This document shows, piece by piece, positions 20,668 to 30,287 of a stretch of 64,000 bases of DNA. The notes beneath the pieces were generated by a model. The model saw only the letters and a list, made by a program, of their open reading frames with translations, had not been told where the DNA came from and did no database searches. How positions within the stretch are numbered: the first letter of the stretch is position 1; the number at the start of each line of letters is the position of its first letter. Position numbers and translations under genes: made by a program. The stretch comes from an uncultured bacterium. Its GTDB lineage: Bacteria; Fidelibacterota; Marinisomatia; Marinisomatales; JABMOV01. Location of the stretch: assembly GCA_964654545.1 (NCBI GenBank), contig CAZZIU010000002.1, positions 48,903 to 112,902 on the forward strand, written 5' to 3'.

Positions 20668-21923
20668 TTACCATTTTGAAAAGATCTTTTTTGGTGGGAA
20701 TGCTGGTTGTATGCCAGCAGATGGGTTATGCTCAGCAAAGAAAAGATCTTCAGGTAATCAATAAGTTTGACATTCAGGTTGTTCCGTCGGCGGTATCATC
20801 AAATGATTCAATACGCATCATCACCCTCCTTGAGATTCCATATTCCAGTTTACAATTCATAAAAGACACCAGTGGTTTTAAGGCAGAATACGAAGCAACC
20901 ATTGTTATACAGGATGAAAATCATTATCAGTATGATCGAGTCATTTGGCAGGAATCGATTACGGTTGCTAACTATATTGAGACAATTGCTATTAAAAACT
21001 ATGTATCCCATGGGAAAGAAATTGTGGTTCCGCTTACAGATTTAAATATTGTTGCAGAGATTACTGATCTGGAGACCCACAATAATGGAATACGTACGAT
21101 TCCTTTTTCATTGGATTTTGATTCAACAACTCCATTTTTACTTGATCCAGTAATTCTTACTGGTAAACCAGGGGATTGGGGTTTTGGTCCGAATCTGTTT
21201 CCACTTTTTAATTCCTCTTACTCGGCTTTACCAGAATCATTATTTGTATTTATCACTGGATATATTAAGCCAGAAGCCTATGATCTGCGATTTTCACTTG
21301 AGTATGGGGATCAGGAAGTATGGGATTCAAATTTGCATTTAGAAAACGACAAAACATGGTTTAGTAAGACGGTATATATTCCTTCCGATTCCATTACTGG
21401 TATTCGCATGCAATTAAATACGGAAATACAACAAAGTGGTAGCAGTGATAAGAAAGCCATTGATGTAAAATTAAAACATCAAGGTGTATCGAGATTTGTT
21501 ACTGATATTGATGTTGCACTGGACCAAATGAGATATATTTTAAATAATGATGAAAAACAGCAGCTTAAACGCACGAATAGTCGAGAAAAAGAAAATTTGT
21601 TTTATCATTTCTGGCGAGATAGAGATCCGACACCAGCAACGATATTTAACGAATTAATGGAAGAATATTACCGGAGAGTGAATTTTTCAAATGAACATTT
21701 TTCTACCCTACAACCTGGTTGGCGAACCGACATGGGAATGATATATATCTATATGGGACCTCCTGATGATGTGGAAAGATTAACCATGCCTAACAGTAGA
21801 AATTCGTACGAGATATGGTACTATCATCGAATCAATGAGAGGTTCACTTTTATTGATCCAAATGGGTTTGGGGATTATCGGTTAAATGAACCATTTTTAG
21901 GCACACCAAATAGTGGCTGGTAA
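20664..21923 (+). CDS. GWxTD domain-containing protein
   Basis: The C-terminal region carries FWRDRDPTP...YYRRVNFSNEHF...PGWRTDMGMIYIYMGPPD...EIWYY. Signal peptide MITILKRSFLVGMLVVCQQMGYAQQ. ATGA overlap with the upstream gene; the ORF-track start at 20610 was trimmed. Confidence 0.75.
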   Translation: MITILKRSFLVGMLVVCQQMGYAQQRKDLQVINKFDIQVVPSAVSSNDSIRIITLLEIPYSSLQFIKDTSGFKAEYEATIVIQDENHYQYDRVIWQESITVANYIETIAIKNYVSHGKEIVVPLTDLNIVAEITDLETHNNGIRTIPFSLDFDSTTPFLLDPVILTGKPGDWGFGPNLFPLFNSSYSALPESLFVFITGYIKPEAYDLRFSLEYGDQEVWDSNLHLENDKTWFSKTVYIPSDSITGIRMQLNTEIQQSGSSDKKAIDVKLKHQGVSRFVTDIDVALDQMRYILNNDEKQQLKRTNSREKENLFYHFWRDRDPTPATIFNELMEEYYRRVNFSNEHFSTLQPGWRTDMGMIYIYMGPPDDVERLTMPNSRNSYEIWYYHRINERFTFIDPNGFGDYRLNEPFLGTPNSGW

Positions 21924-22719
21924 TTTGCTGGAATATTTTTCTTATAGTCGGCTGTCAACTTTCAAGCACTGTCCGGCACAATTCAAAATTCAATACATCG
22001 ATAACATAGAGCAAAGATACGAATCGATAGAAGCATTTACTGGTAAACGAATTCATGAAGTGATGGAGCATTTGTATACCAAAAGAATGGTAAAAAACCA
22101 GGTTCCATCACTGGATGAATTATTTGAATACCTATCCACTAATTGGAAATTAAAATGGCATTCAGGGGTTGCTATTATTAATCAAAGGAACACTTCCGGG
22201 ACCTATTATGCACTGGCTGAAAAATGTCTGGCCTGGTATTATCGAAATTATTATCCATTCAATGAATCGGTGGTTGGGATTGAATATCCATTTGAGATTA
22301 CATTTTCAGATAAATACAAGTTTATTGGATATATTGACCGGTTGGATCGATTGTCCGACAATTCTCTTGTAATTATTGATTACAAAACTGGCAGAAGGGT
22401 CATGAATGCGAATCAGGCTGAAAATGATTTGCAAATGACAATTTATCATCTGGCAATCCAGGAGAATTTCCCAGAGGCTAGTGAGATACGATTATCCTGG
22501 CAATACCTGCAAAAAGGTATGGTAGTTGTGACACAAAGAAATCCAAAAAAACTAGCTGGGCAAAAAGCAAAAATCCTCAAACAGGCAGCGGTTATTGAAA
22601 AATCGATGGTCGATGGCACATTCCCCGCCAAAGAAAGTATGCTATGTAATTGGTGCTTCTATTGGAATGAATGTCCTGCCAAAATTTCTAACAATCCATA
22701 TATAAAAGTTGATGCATGA
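21913..22719 (+). CDS. PD-(D/E)XK nuclease, Cas4/AddB-like with four-Cys Fe-S ligand set
   Basis: N-terminal FKHCP, GYIDRLD, IIDYKTGR (D-x-K), QMTIYHLA (QxxxY), and C-terminal CNWCFYWNEC. The start is GTG 21913 or TTG 21925. Confidence 0.8.
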   Translation: MAGNLLEYFSYSRLSTFKHCPAQFKIQYIDNIEQRYESIEAFTGKRIHEVMEHLYTKRMVKNQVPSLDELFEYLSTNWKLKWHSGVAIINQRNTSGTYYALAEKCLAWYYRNYYPFNESVVGIEYPFEITFSDKYKFIGYIDRLDRLSDNSLVIIDYKTGRRVMNANQAENDLQMTIYHLAIQENFPEASEIRLSWQYLQKGMVVVTQRNPKKLAGQKAKILKQAAVIEKSMVDGTFPAKESMLCNWCFYWNECPAKISNNPYIKVDA

Positions 22720-23240
22720 TAAAGTTAACAAGTGACGAAGTCGATGCCATACGACATGGACTAACAACCGAATTAATGACACAGGTACAAGAGCGCTACC
22801 GATCAACATTGAAAAAATTACGCGATCGTATTATCGGTAAGGGTGCCTTTGAATTGTTTATTGACGGGGCAGCAGATTTGCATACGAAACGAGCCGGTAT
22901 AGGCGGTGTGATATTCAGAGATGGCAATGAACTGTATACGTTTTCGGAATATCTTGATAACGCCACGAACAATGAAGCCGAATATCAGGCGCTGATAACC
23001 GGTGTGCGATCAGCATGGGATTTAAACATCAAAGTGATTAGAATTAAATCCGACAGTGAACTGATTGTAAAACAAATTAATGGTCAGTATAAAGTAAAAC
23101 ATCCCAATATGGTCCCACTATATAAACAGGCAATTTCATTGCTAAATAAGTTTGATTCCTGGAGTTTATCACATGTCCCGAGGGAAGAGAATAAAGTTGC
23201 AGATAAACTTAGTAAGGATGGTTTGAAAGCCAATGATTAA
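22716..23240 (+). CDS. RNase H type-1-like protein (RNase HI family) with a 45-aa N-terminal extension
   Basis: DEDD catalytic set: FIDGAA, NNEAEYQAL, KSDSELIV, ENKVADKLS. ATGA overlap upstream. Confidence 0.8.
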   Translation: MIKLTSDEVDAIRHGLTTELMTQVQERYRSTLKKLRDRIIGKGAFELFIDGAADLHTKRAGIGGVIFRDGNELYTFSEYLDNATNNEAEYQALITGVRSAWDLNIKVIRIKSDSELIVKQINGQYKVKHPNMVPLYKQAISLLNKFDSWSLSHVPREENKVADKLSKDGLKAND

Positions 23241-23992
23241 TGCTTGATATTGCATTCAAATCTGCCGGTTATGAAGAATCGGTACCCATACTTCGTGATA
23301 TCAATATTACAGTTCAACATGGTTCAATATTGGCGTTGGTAGGTGAATCTGGAAGCGGTAAATCAACATTGGGCTTAGCCATTGTAGGGCTGGTTCCATT
23401 TGTTTCTGGCACGATTAAATATTATGATGATTTTTATTCTCCACATTCGATTGAAAATCTTCGATCAAAGATTCAATACATATTTCAAGATCCATTCAGT
23501 GCATTAAATCCACGAATGACAATTGGACAATGCTACCGTGAAGTTTTGGAAAAGTATCTCAATGGTCCCGTGTTGGAAAGTGAGATCATTGAGGTATTAT
23601 CCATAGTTGAATTGGGCGATGAAGTGTTGTACAAATACCCGCATGAATTATCTGGTGGTCAATGCCAGAGGGCAAATATCGGAAGGGCATTGGCAATGAA
23701 ACCGGAAATCTTGATATGCGATGAAATAGTATCAGCGTTAGATGTATCAGTGCAGGCGAAAATTATCAATGTACTAGAGCACTTAAAAAAAATAAAAAAT
23801 CTTGGCATTCTATTTACCACCCACGATTTAAACATGGTGAAATCCTTTGCCGATGAAACAGTCATATTGCATGATGGAAAAATTGTTGAAAGAGGTGAAC
23901 CAAATGCCATTTTCAATTCTCCGCAACACCCATATACTGCACAATTGGTACAATCGGCATATGGTTTACTGGAAGATGATTTAGTGCAATGA
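23240..23992 (+). CDS. ABC transporter ATP-binding protein, oligopeptide/dipeptide (DppF/OppF)-like; no permease adjacent
   Basis: GESGSGKST, FQDPFSALNPRMT, LSGGQCQR, LICDEIVSALD, and C-terminal PQHPYT. Confidence 0.8.
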   Translation: MLDIAFKSAGYEESVPILRDINITVQHGSILALVGESGSGKSTLGLAIVGLVPFVSGTIKYYDDFYSPHSIENLRSKIQYIFQDPFSALNPRMTIGQCYREVLEKYLNGPVLESEIIEVLSIVELGDEVLYKYPHELSGGQCQRANIGRALAMKPEILICDEIVSALDVSVQAKIINVLEHLKKIKNLGILFTTHDLNMVKSFADETVILHDGKIVERGEPNAIFNSPQHPYTAQLVQSAYGLLEDDLVQ

Positions 23993-24047
23993 TATTAGAT
24001 AGAAATATATCTAACTTTAACATTGGCATTTGACTGAAAAACACTAA

Positions 24048-25076
24048 ATGGGATTTCGAAATACATTATCAAAATCAGTGAACTGGATTTCTGGTGATAT
24101 CGCTATTGATCTGGGGACTGCCAATACTCTTATTTGGTTAAGCGGTAAGGGAATTGTAATTAATGAACCGTCTATTGTGGCGCGCTCAGTCAATGATGGA
24201 AAAATTATCGCAGTTGGCAACGAGGCAAAAGCAATGATGGGTAAAACGCATCGTGAATTGGAAACAATTCGACCCTTGCAAGATGGAGTTATTGCCAATT
24301 TTAATATGACGGATGGAATGCTACAGGGATTCGTACGAAAAATAAATTTAAACAGACTGGCAAGGCCAAGGATTGTCATTTGTGTTCCTTCTGGGGTAAC
24401 TGAAGTAGAGCGCCGAGCCGTTAAGGATTCGGGAGAACGAGCCAACGCGAGGGAAGTATTTTTAATTGAGGAGCCGGTTGCCGCTGCCATTGGAATAGGT
24501 CTGGATATTGAACAGCCCATAGGAAATATCATCGTGGATATTGGAGGCGGTACAACCGAAATCGCTGTGATTGCACTGGACGGCGTCGTGACCAAGGAAA
24601 CTATTCGAATTGCAGGCGATGAAATGGATGAAGCCATTGTGCAATGGTTTAGGAACGAACACAAACTGGAGATTGGATTACCCACAGGAGAAGCGATTAA
24701 AAAATCAGTCGGTTCGGCCATGAGGATGAAAATTGAAACCATTGCAGTGAAAGGTCGTGATTTGGTTTCAGGAATACCAAAAACTATTGAAGTATCTTCA
24801 GATGAAATTCGTCAGGCGTTAAAAGATCCGGTTAATCAAATAGTCGAAGCTGTAAAGAGAGCACTTGAAAATACTCCACCAGAACTGGCAGCAGATATTT
24901 TAGATCGTGGAATAATAATGACAGGTGGAGGCAGTCTACTAAAGGGCATTGATCAGATTATTCGAGAAAGAACCAATGTACCAGTAAATGTGGCTGAAGA
25001 ACCTCTCCTTTCGGTTGTCCGCGGGACTGGAATGGTATTGGAAAATGTAAAACGGTACGAGGCCGTCCTAATGTAA
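24048..25076 (+). CDS. mreB: Rod shape-determining protein MreB
   Basis: DIAIDLGTANT, VICVPSGVTEVERRA and DIGGGTTEIAV, the actin-like ATPase motifs. Confidence 0.95.
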   Translation: MGFRNTLSKSVNWISGDIAIDLGTANTLIWLSGKGIVINEPSIVARSVNDGKIIAVGNEAKAMMGKTHRELETIRPLQDGVIANFNMTDGMLQGFVRKINLNRLARPRIVICVPSGVTEVERRAVKDSGERANAREVFLIEEPVAAAIGIGLDIEQPIGNIIVDIGGGTTEIAVIALDGVVTKETIRIAGDEMDEAIVQWFRNEHKLEIGLPTGEAIKKSVGSAMRMKIETIAVKGRDLVSGIPKTIEVSSDEIRQALKDPVNQIVEAVKRALENTPPELAADILDRGIIMTGGGSLLKGIDQIIRERTNVPVNVAEEPLLSVVRGTGMVLENVKRYEAVLM

Positions 25077-25084
25077 TTTTTCCA

Positions 25085-25867
25085 ATGCGTTCAATAGTCA
25101 ATGGCATAAGTCGAAACAAACATCATATTTCATTTTTTATAACCCTCGTTACCTCGGTTGTACTCTATTTATCAAACTCAGCACCGGAGATAATCTACCT
25201 AAGGGGCAAATTTCTTTCATTTTATTCCGTCATTTCCAGACCAATAAATCATATCCATCGCCTCTTATATATTGAAGAGGAAAACGCCCTTCTTCGGGAG
25301 AAAATTACAAAACTAAATCTGCAGGTTGAGTTGTATCAATTTGCCAGGGAAGAGAACATCAGACTTAAGGAGTTGTTGGATTTTAAAACGAACAATCCTC
25401 TGGAAATTGTTCCAGGAAATATTATTTCTACAGGAGTCAACACAGGTGTTCAGTCAGCCGTAATTGACTTAGGTAGAACGGATGGTATAAAAACCAATAG
25501 TCCCGTGTTAACGGAAAATGGAATTATTGGTAAAATTATTCTGGTTTCCGATCGGGAATCAATTATACAACTTTTAAACGATATAAATTTTCGTCTTGGC
25601 GTTCGAATTCAACCTGGTGGCGCAACTGGAATTATGCGCTATGTATTCGGAAGAACTTGTGAGGTTCATGAGGTACCTAAGAATGCTCAAATATCAGTTG
25701 GAGACGAGGTGATTACTTCTGGTTTTAGTGACATTTACCCACCGGATTTACCCGTTGGAATTGTAACGGGAGTATATGAGGAACGAGGTAGCCTTCAGAA
25801 AGTCATTACCATTCGTATTCACAATGATCTCAATTCCCTTCGTCATGTTTTTGTTATTAAGGAATAG
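25085..25867 (+). CDS. mreC: Rod shape-determining protein MreC
   Basis: N-terminal TM, coiled-coil LREKITKLNLQVELYQFAREEN, GIIGKII, VITSGFSDIYPPDLPVG, and its position after mreB. Confidence 0.85.
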   Translation: MRSIVNGISRNKHHISFFITLVTSVVLYLSNSAPEIIYLRGKFLSFYSVISRPINHIHRLLYIEEENALLREKITKLNLQVELYQFAREENIRLKELLDFKTNNPLEIVPGNIISTGVNTGVQSAVIDLGRTDGIKTNSPVLTENGIIGKIILVSDRESIIQLLNDINFRLGVRIQPGGATGIMRYVFGRTCEVHEVPKNAQISVGDEVITSGFSDIYPPDLPVGIVTGVYEERGSLQKVITIRIHNDLNSLRHVFVIKE

Positions 25868-26369
25868 GTTGGTGAATAATAATTCAAAACTAATTATAAG
25901 AGATTCTCTAATTGCAATTGGCGTATTGTTCTTTCAACTAATCGTGTCAAATTGGCTTACCATTAGAGGGATACGACCAGATTTTATGCTTATGTTTTTG
26001 GTGTATTTTACCATACGATGGGGTGGCTTTTACGGTATACTATTTGGATTTGTATTTGGAATCCTTGTGGACCTGGCAGGAACCGGCGGCACGTTTGGAT
26101 TAACTCCTATCGTGTACACAAGTCTTGGATATTTTGCTGGGTTTATTTCTACCAGAGTACAAAACGTTTCAACGACATACCTGGCATTAGCTAATTATCT
26201 TATCGTTGCTGGGGTATATTTCATCGACGCCTTTTTCCGATACCCGGTTTTATTTGACTCAAATCCTTACACTTTCGTAATGAAATGGGTTCTAACATCC
26301 GCTTACACACTTGGTTTTCTGGTGCTACTCCAATATATCGTCCCATTCGAAAGGGTGATTAGAGAATAA
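25845..26369 (+). CDS. mreD: Rod shape-determining protein MreD
   Basis: Small polytopic membrane protein between mreC and mrdA. The start is uncertain (ATG 25845 or GTG 25872); the ORF-track start at 25776 lies deep inside mreC. Confidence 0.7.
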   Translation: MFLLLRNRLVNNNSKLIIRDSLIAIGVLFFQLIVSNWLTIRGIRPDFMLMFLVYFTIRWGGFYGILFGFVFGILVDLAGTGGTFGLTPIVYTSLGYFAGFISTRVQNVSTTYLALANYLIVAGVYFIDAFFRYPVLFDSNPYTFVMKWVLTSAYTLGFLVLLQYIVPFERVIRE

Positions 26370-28135
26370 TGCTAAAGACCGATAATCAGGTCCCGAAGAG
26401 CAGGTTATATGCATTTCTCTTTCTTACCAGTCTGATAGTCCTGGTCTTAATTATTCGTTTTTTTCAAATCCAAATTTTACGATATGAGACTTTTTCTAAA
26501 AAATCCGATATTAATCGGATAAGGGCGATTGCACTGACAGCTCCACGTGGTTTGATTCTTGACCGTAATGGGAAAATACTTGTTGATAACTATCCAACTT
26601 TTATACTGAATGCAATTCCTGGTGAAATTGAAAATAAAAACGAAGCATTCATACGTATTAGTGAATGTACCGGATTGGATATAAATATTATTCTGGGAAA
26701 TTATAAAAAGTATTTTCGTTCACCCTTTGTACCGGTTCGTCTGGCAAAGGATTTAACGTTGCAGCAGATAAGTTTGCTGGAAGAGCATCGGCTCGATTTA
26801 TCCGGCATTCATTACGATCAATTTCCTGAACGTTATTTTCCCTCTAAAATTCGAGGATCTCATTTTTTGGGATATGTGAAAGAGGTTGACCGCCATATTT
26901 ATAGCAAATTAAATGAATCGGCGTCATATGAGTTGGGTGATTTGATCGGCTGGCAAGGTTTAGAAAAGCAATACGAGGAAAATTTACGGGGAACCAAGGG
27001 TGTGGAGTACCAGGAAGTGAATGCCTTTGGACAAGTGATAGGTGCAGTTGCTGGAAGACCGGAAAAAAGACCAATTCCTGGAAATGATTTAATTTTAACT
27101 ATCGACGTTGGTCTTCAAGAGCTACTGGAAAATACGATGGCAGATAAACGGGGAGTGGTTGTGATATCCGATGCGATAAATGGAGAAATTCTTGCATACG
27201 TAAGTGCTCCCGACTATCCTCCAGAACTGTTCACGGGAGTAACGCTCGAAGAGGAATGGAATAGAATTTTGACCAATCCGGACAGGCCACTTCTGGACAG
27301 GATTTCAAATGGTGTATATCCGCCAGGTTCTACCTTCAAAATGTTAACCTTATTGGCATTGGAAGAAACGGGTCACCTAGATCACGGATTCACCACGTTT
27401 TGTGACGGTGAATATAAATTTGGAGATCGTGTATTCCGTTGTTGGAATGAAATGGGGCATGGTAATGTGGACTTAAACCGCGCACTGTCTGAATCTTGTA
27501 ACATTTATTTTTATAAAATTGTACAGTCGCTAGATATCGACGAGTGGGCAGATATTGCCAAACAATTAGGGTTCGGCGAGGCAGTTGGGTTGGATTTACC
27601 AGCCGAGCAAAAAGGGATCGTTCCAACCCGCCAGTATATGAATAGACAATACGGAAAATATGGATGGTCGAAAGGTGCTATGCTAAACCTGGCGCTTGGC
27701 CAGGGAGATATTGAGGTAACCCCAATACAGTTGGTTCAGTATATAAATCTCCTGGCAAATAAAGGTACTACTAAAAGACTTCATCTAAATAGGAACCTGG
27801 AAAAAATTGATCAGATTACTGTTAATATTCATAAATCAAGCTTTGAGCTTATTGATCGACTCATGAGAGGTGTAATCTATAACGCGGGAGGGACTGGAAA
27901 ATCGGCGGACCCCGGTATCAATGGACTTATCATTGCAGGTAAAACAGGTACTGCACAAAATCCCCATGGCGACGATCATGCCTGGTTTGTGGGTTATGGG
28001 AAAAAAGGTAATAGGATTATGTCAGCGACTGTCCTAATAGAAAATGGAGGACATGGAAGCCAGGCTGCAGCACCAATAGCAAGGGAAGCGTTTCGATATC
28101 TATTCCAACCAACCAATTTGGTTGACATCAAATGA
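26369..28135 (+). CDS. mrdA: Penicillin-binding protein 2 (elongasome transpeptidase)
   Basis: N-terminal TM, PRGLILDRNG, active-site PPGSTFK, SESCN and KTGTAQ. Confidence 0.9.
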   Translation: MLKTDNQVPKSRLYAFLFLTSLIVLVLIIRFFQIQILRYETFSKKSDINRIRAIALTAPRGLILDRNGKILVDNYPTFILNAIPGEIENKNEAFIRISECTGLDINIILGNYKKYFRSPFVPVRLAKDLTLQQISLLEEHRLDLSGIHYDQFPERYFPSKIRGSHFLGYVKEVDRHIYSKLNESASYELGDLIGWQGLEKQYEENLRGTKGVEYQEVNAFGQVIGAVAGRPEKRPIPGNDLILTIDVGLQELLENTMADKRGVVVISDAINGEILAYVSAPDYPPELFTGVTLEEEWNRILTNPDRPLLDRISNGVYPPGSTFKMLTLLALEETGHLDHGFTTFCDGEYKFGDRVFRCWNEMGHGNVDLNRALSESCNIYFYKIVQSLDIDEWADIAKQLGFGEAVGLDLPAEQKGIVPTRQYMNRQYGKYGWSKGAMLNLALGQGDIEVTPIQLVQYINLLANKGTTKRLHLNRNLEKIDQITVNIHKSSFELIDRLMRGVIYNAGGTGKSADPGINGLIIAGKTGTAQNPHGDDHAWFVGYGKKGNRIMSATVLIENGGHGSQAAAPIAREAFRYLFQPTNLVDIK

Positions 28136-29346
28136 TCGCTTATTTTTTTAGAAGGTTAAAAGAATCATCATCTTCGCTGTTAGTACTGGCCTTTATCTTT
28201 ACAATTGTTGGCTTGATTACATTACGCAGTATTGCGCAACATCAGGAAGGAATGACATCCTTTGACCGACAAATCACATATTTGATTCCTGCAATTCTTG
28301 GTTTGTTTACTATCGTATTTATTCCAAAAGTTCTCATCCACAAATATGCCTATATTGCCTATGGCATTATACTGATCGCAATTCTACTTCCATTTTATGG
28401 TGCTGCGACAGCAGGTACACACAGATGGATTCATTTAGGATTTCTTACCATTCAACCGTCGGAATTTGCAAAGTGGATTACCATACTCGTATTAGCTCGT
28501 TATCTGTCTGATCATAAATTACAGGTCGAGAATCTAACGGTAGTCATTATACCTATTATTATGGTCGTGATACCTACGGTGATTGTACTAAAACAACCCG
28601 ACCTTGGAACTGCGGCCGTATTACTAACTCCGCTCATACCAATGTTGTATTGGGTGGGCGCTAAACCATATCATTTATTTTTGTTACTGGCGCCGATTTT
28701 TAGCGTATTGACGGCGTTTCATATGGTATCCTTTGTCATTTGGGTTATTATAATGGCGACGGTACTGTATCTGAATAGTTCTACAATTACCCGAGGTACA
28801 GCGACGTTTTTTTCCAATATATTTTTAGGGCTGTTAGCGCCTATCATTTGGAATTCATTACATCCTTATCAACAGAATAGAATACTCACTTTGTTTAATC
28901 CGGAATTGGATCCACTTGGTGCCGCATATCAAATAATTCAGAGTCAGACAGCGATAGGATCTGGCGGATTGCTGGGTAAAGGCTGGGGACAGGGTACACA
29001 AACTCATCTAAAATTTTTGCCCGTACAAGAATCAGATTTCATCATGTCGGTGATTGGAGAAGAATTTGGCTTTCTGGTAGTAATGGTGATATTGGTTCTA
29101 TTTGTGGTTTTTATAGGTAGAATTATTTTTAAAGCATTTGAATGCAATGATAGATTTTCAGGCTTGGTTCTGGTTGGAATTGGGTCAGTATTTTTAGCAC
29201 ACGTATTTGTAAATACAGCTATGACAATTGGGTTGATACCTGTAAAAGGGTTACCATTGCCTTTCATCTCTTATGGTGGTTCGTTCCTAGTGTCATGTTA
29301 CATGATGTTGGGTATAGTATTAAATTTATCATTGAAGACGGATTGA
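28132..29346 (+). CDS. rodA: SEDS peptidoglycan polymerase RodA
   Basis: IQPSEFAK, QPDLGTA, TDFIMSVIGEEFGF and GLPLPFISYGGS. Confidence 0.9.
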   Translation: MIAYFFRRLKESSSSLLVLAFIFTIVGLITLRSIAQHQEGMTSFDRQITYLIPAILGLFTIVFIPKVLIHKYAYIAYGIILIAILLPFYGAATAGTHRWIHLGFLTIQPSEFAKWITILVLARYLSDHKLQVENLTVVIIPIIMVVIPTVIVLKQPDLGTAAVLLTPLIPMLYWVGAKPYHLFLLLAPIFSVLTAFHMVSFVIWVIIMATVLYLNSSTITRGTATFFSNIFLGLLAPIIWNSLHPYQQNRILTLFNPELDPLGAAYQIIQSQTAIGSGGLLGKGWGQGTQTHLKFLPVQESDFIMSVIGEEFGFLVVMVILVLFVVFIGRIIFKAFECNDRFSGLVLVGIGSVFLAHVFVNTAMTIGLIPVKGLPLPFISYGGSFLVSCYMMLGIVLNLSLKTD

Positions 29347-29464
29347 TCGATCATATTAGAGTTTTAAAACGGATTACTACCTATCGCCTTATGTATTGTA
29401 GTTCCGAAGACTGATCGGTAAATTTTGCCCAATAAAATCGCTATAATTTGACCAAAAGGCGCTT

Positions 29465-30283
29465 ATGAAACACATCCGAATTTTTACAGTTATCACAATA
29501 TTTTTGACAATGATCTCCGCGGGGTTTGCCCAAAATGATGTAAATCGAGAGCTTAAACGATTGAATGCAAAAATAAACCGTGAAAAAGTGAGGGTTGATT
29601 CACTGGATACACAGATACGATTGTTATTACCTGATTTACGGAATACTCTGCAAGCAGCAGTCGCTGCGAAAGCTCAAACAGATTCTGTAACGGTATTGCT
29701 CATTAATAGAATCAACACTCTTCAGAATAAAATACGAATGCTAGAGGACAAGGCGGCCTATACCGACAGTACAAATTTTGAAATACTGGCGCAACTGGTC
29801 ATGATTGAAAATAAAATTGTCACATTAACCAATAGTTTTACAGAAATATACTCATTGAAATCTGAAGTTGCAGACATCTCTGACAATAAAAAGATCAGTC
29901 CGGCTCAGTATAAAAAACAGTATATAAATAATTTGACCAATTACCAAAACGGGACGTACGAGGATGCGATAGTCGGATTTACTGAACTGGTATTGAGTGA
30001 CCCTATGAACGAATTAGCAGATAATGCTCAATATTGGTTAGCAGAATGTTATTATTCTCAAAAAAATTATAAAAGAGCTATTATCGAGTTTGAAAAGGTA
30101 TTCACCTTTCCAGGCACCGATAAGGATGATGATGCACAATTAAAACTAGGTCTTTGCTATCAGAGTATGGGTGATATTGATAAAGCCAGAGATGAATATC
30201 AACGGTTGCTAGACTATTTTCCTGGCAGCGAATATTTTGAAAAAGCTAAAGAAACTTTACGAAAACTAAACGTGGAAAATTAA
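29465..30283 (+). CDS. cpoB: YbgF/CpoB-like periplasmic coiled-coil + TPR protein
   Basis: Signal peptide, a long coiled-coil, then Y..A........Y..AI..F...........A.NAQYWLAECYYSQKNYKRAI...F and DDAQLKLGLCY, as in the CpoB C-terminal TPR domain. Confidence 0.65.
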   Translation: MKHIRIFTVITIFLTMISAGFAQNDVNRELKRLNAKINREKVRVDSLDTQIRLLLPDLRNTLQAAVAAKAQTDSVTVLLINRINTLQNKIRMLEDKAAYTDSTNFEILAQLVMIENKIVTLTNSFTEIYSLKSEVADISDNKKISPAQYKKQYINNLTNYQNGTYEDAIVGFTELVLSDPMNELADNAQYWLAECYYSQKNYKRAIIEFEKVFTFPGTDKDDDAQLKLGLCYQSMGDIDKARDEYQRLLDYFPGSEYFEKAKETLRKLNVEN

Positions 30284-30287
30284 AAAT

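Noticed and set aside
23995-24014. Hairpin TTAGATA-N6-TATCTAA right after the ABC ATPase stop, considered as a possible terminator before mreB.
   Set aside because: The 7-bp stem is almost entirely A/T and no U-tract follows, so its predicted stability is too low for a confident intrinsic terminator call.
24044-24742. 232-aa ORF on the minus strand opposite mreB. Similar long antisense ORFs occur at 34061..34648 (opposite the TPR gene), 53191..53589 (opposite grpE), 53913..54308 (opposite dnaJ) and 35353..35727 (opposite glyA).
   Set aside because: They lie entirely inside well-supported conserved genes on the other strand. Their composition is low-complexity (Ser/Pro/Ile-rich) with no recognisable motifs. 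They are typical shadow ORFs.
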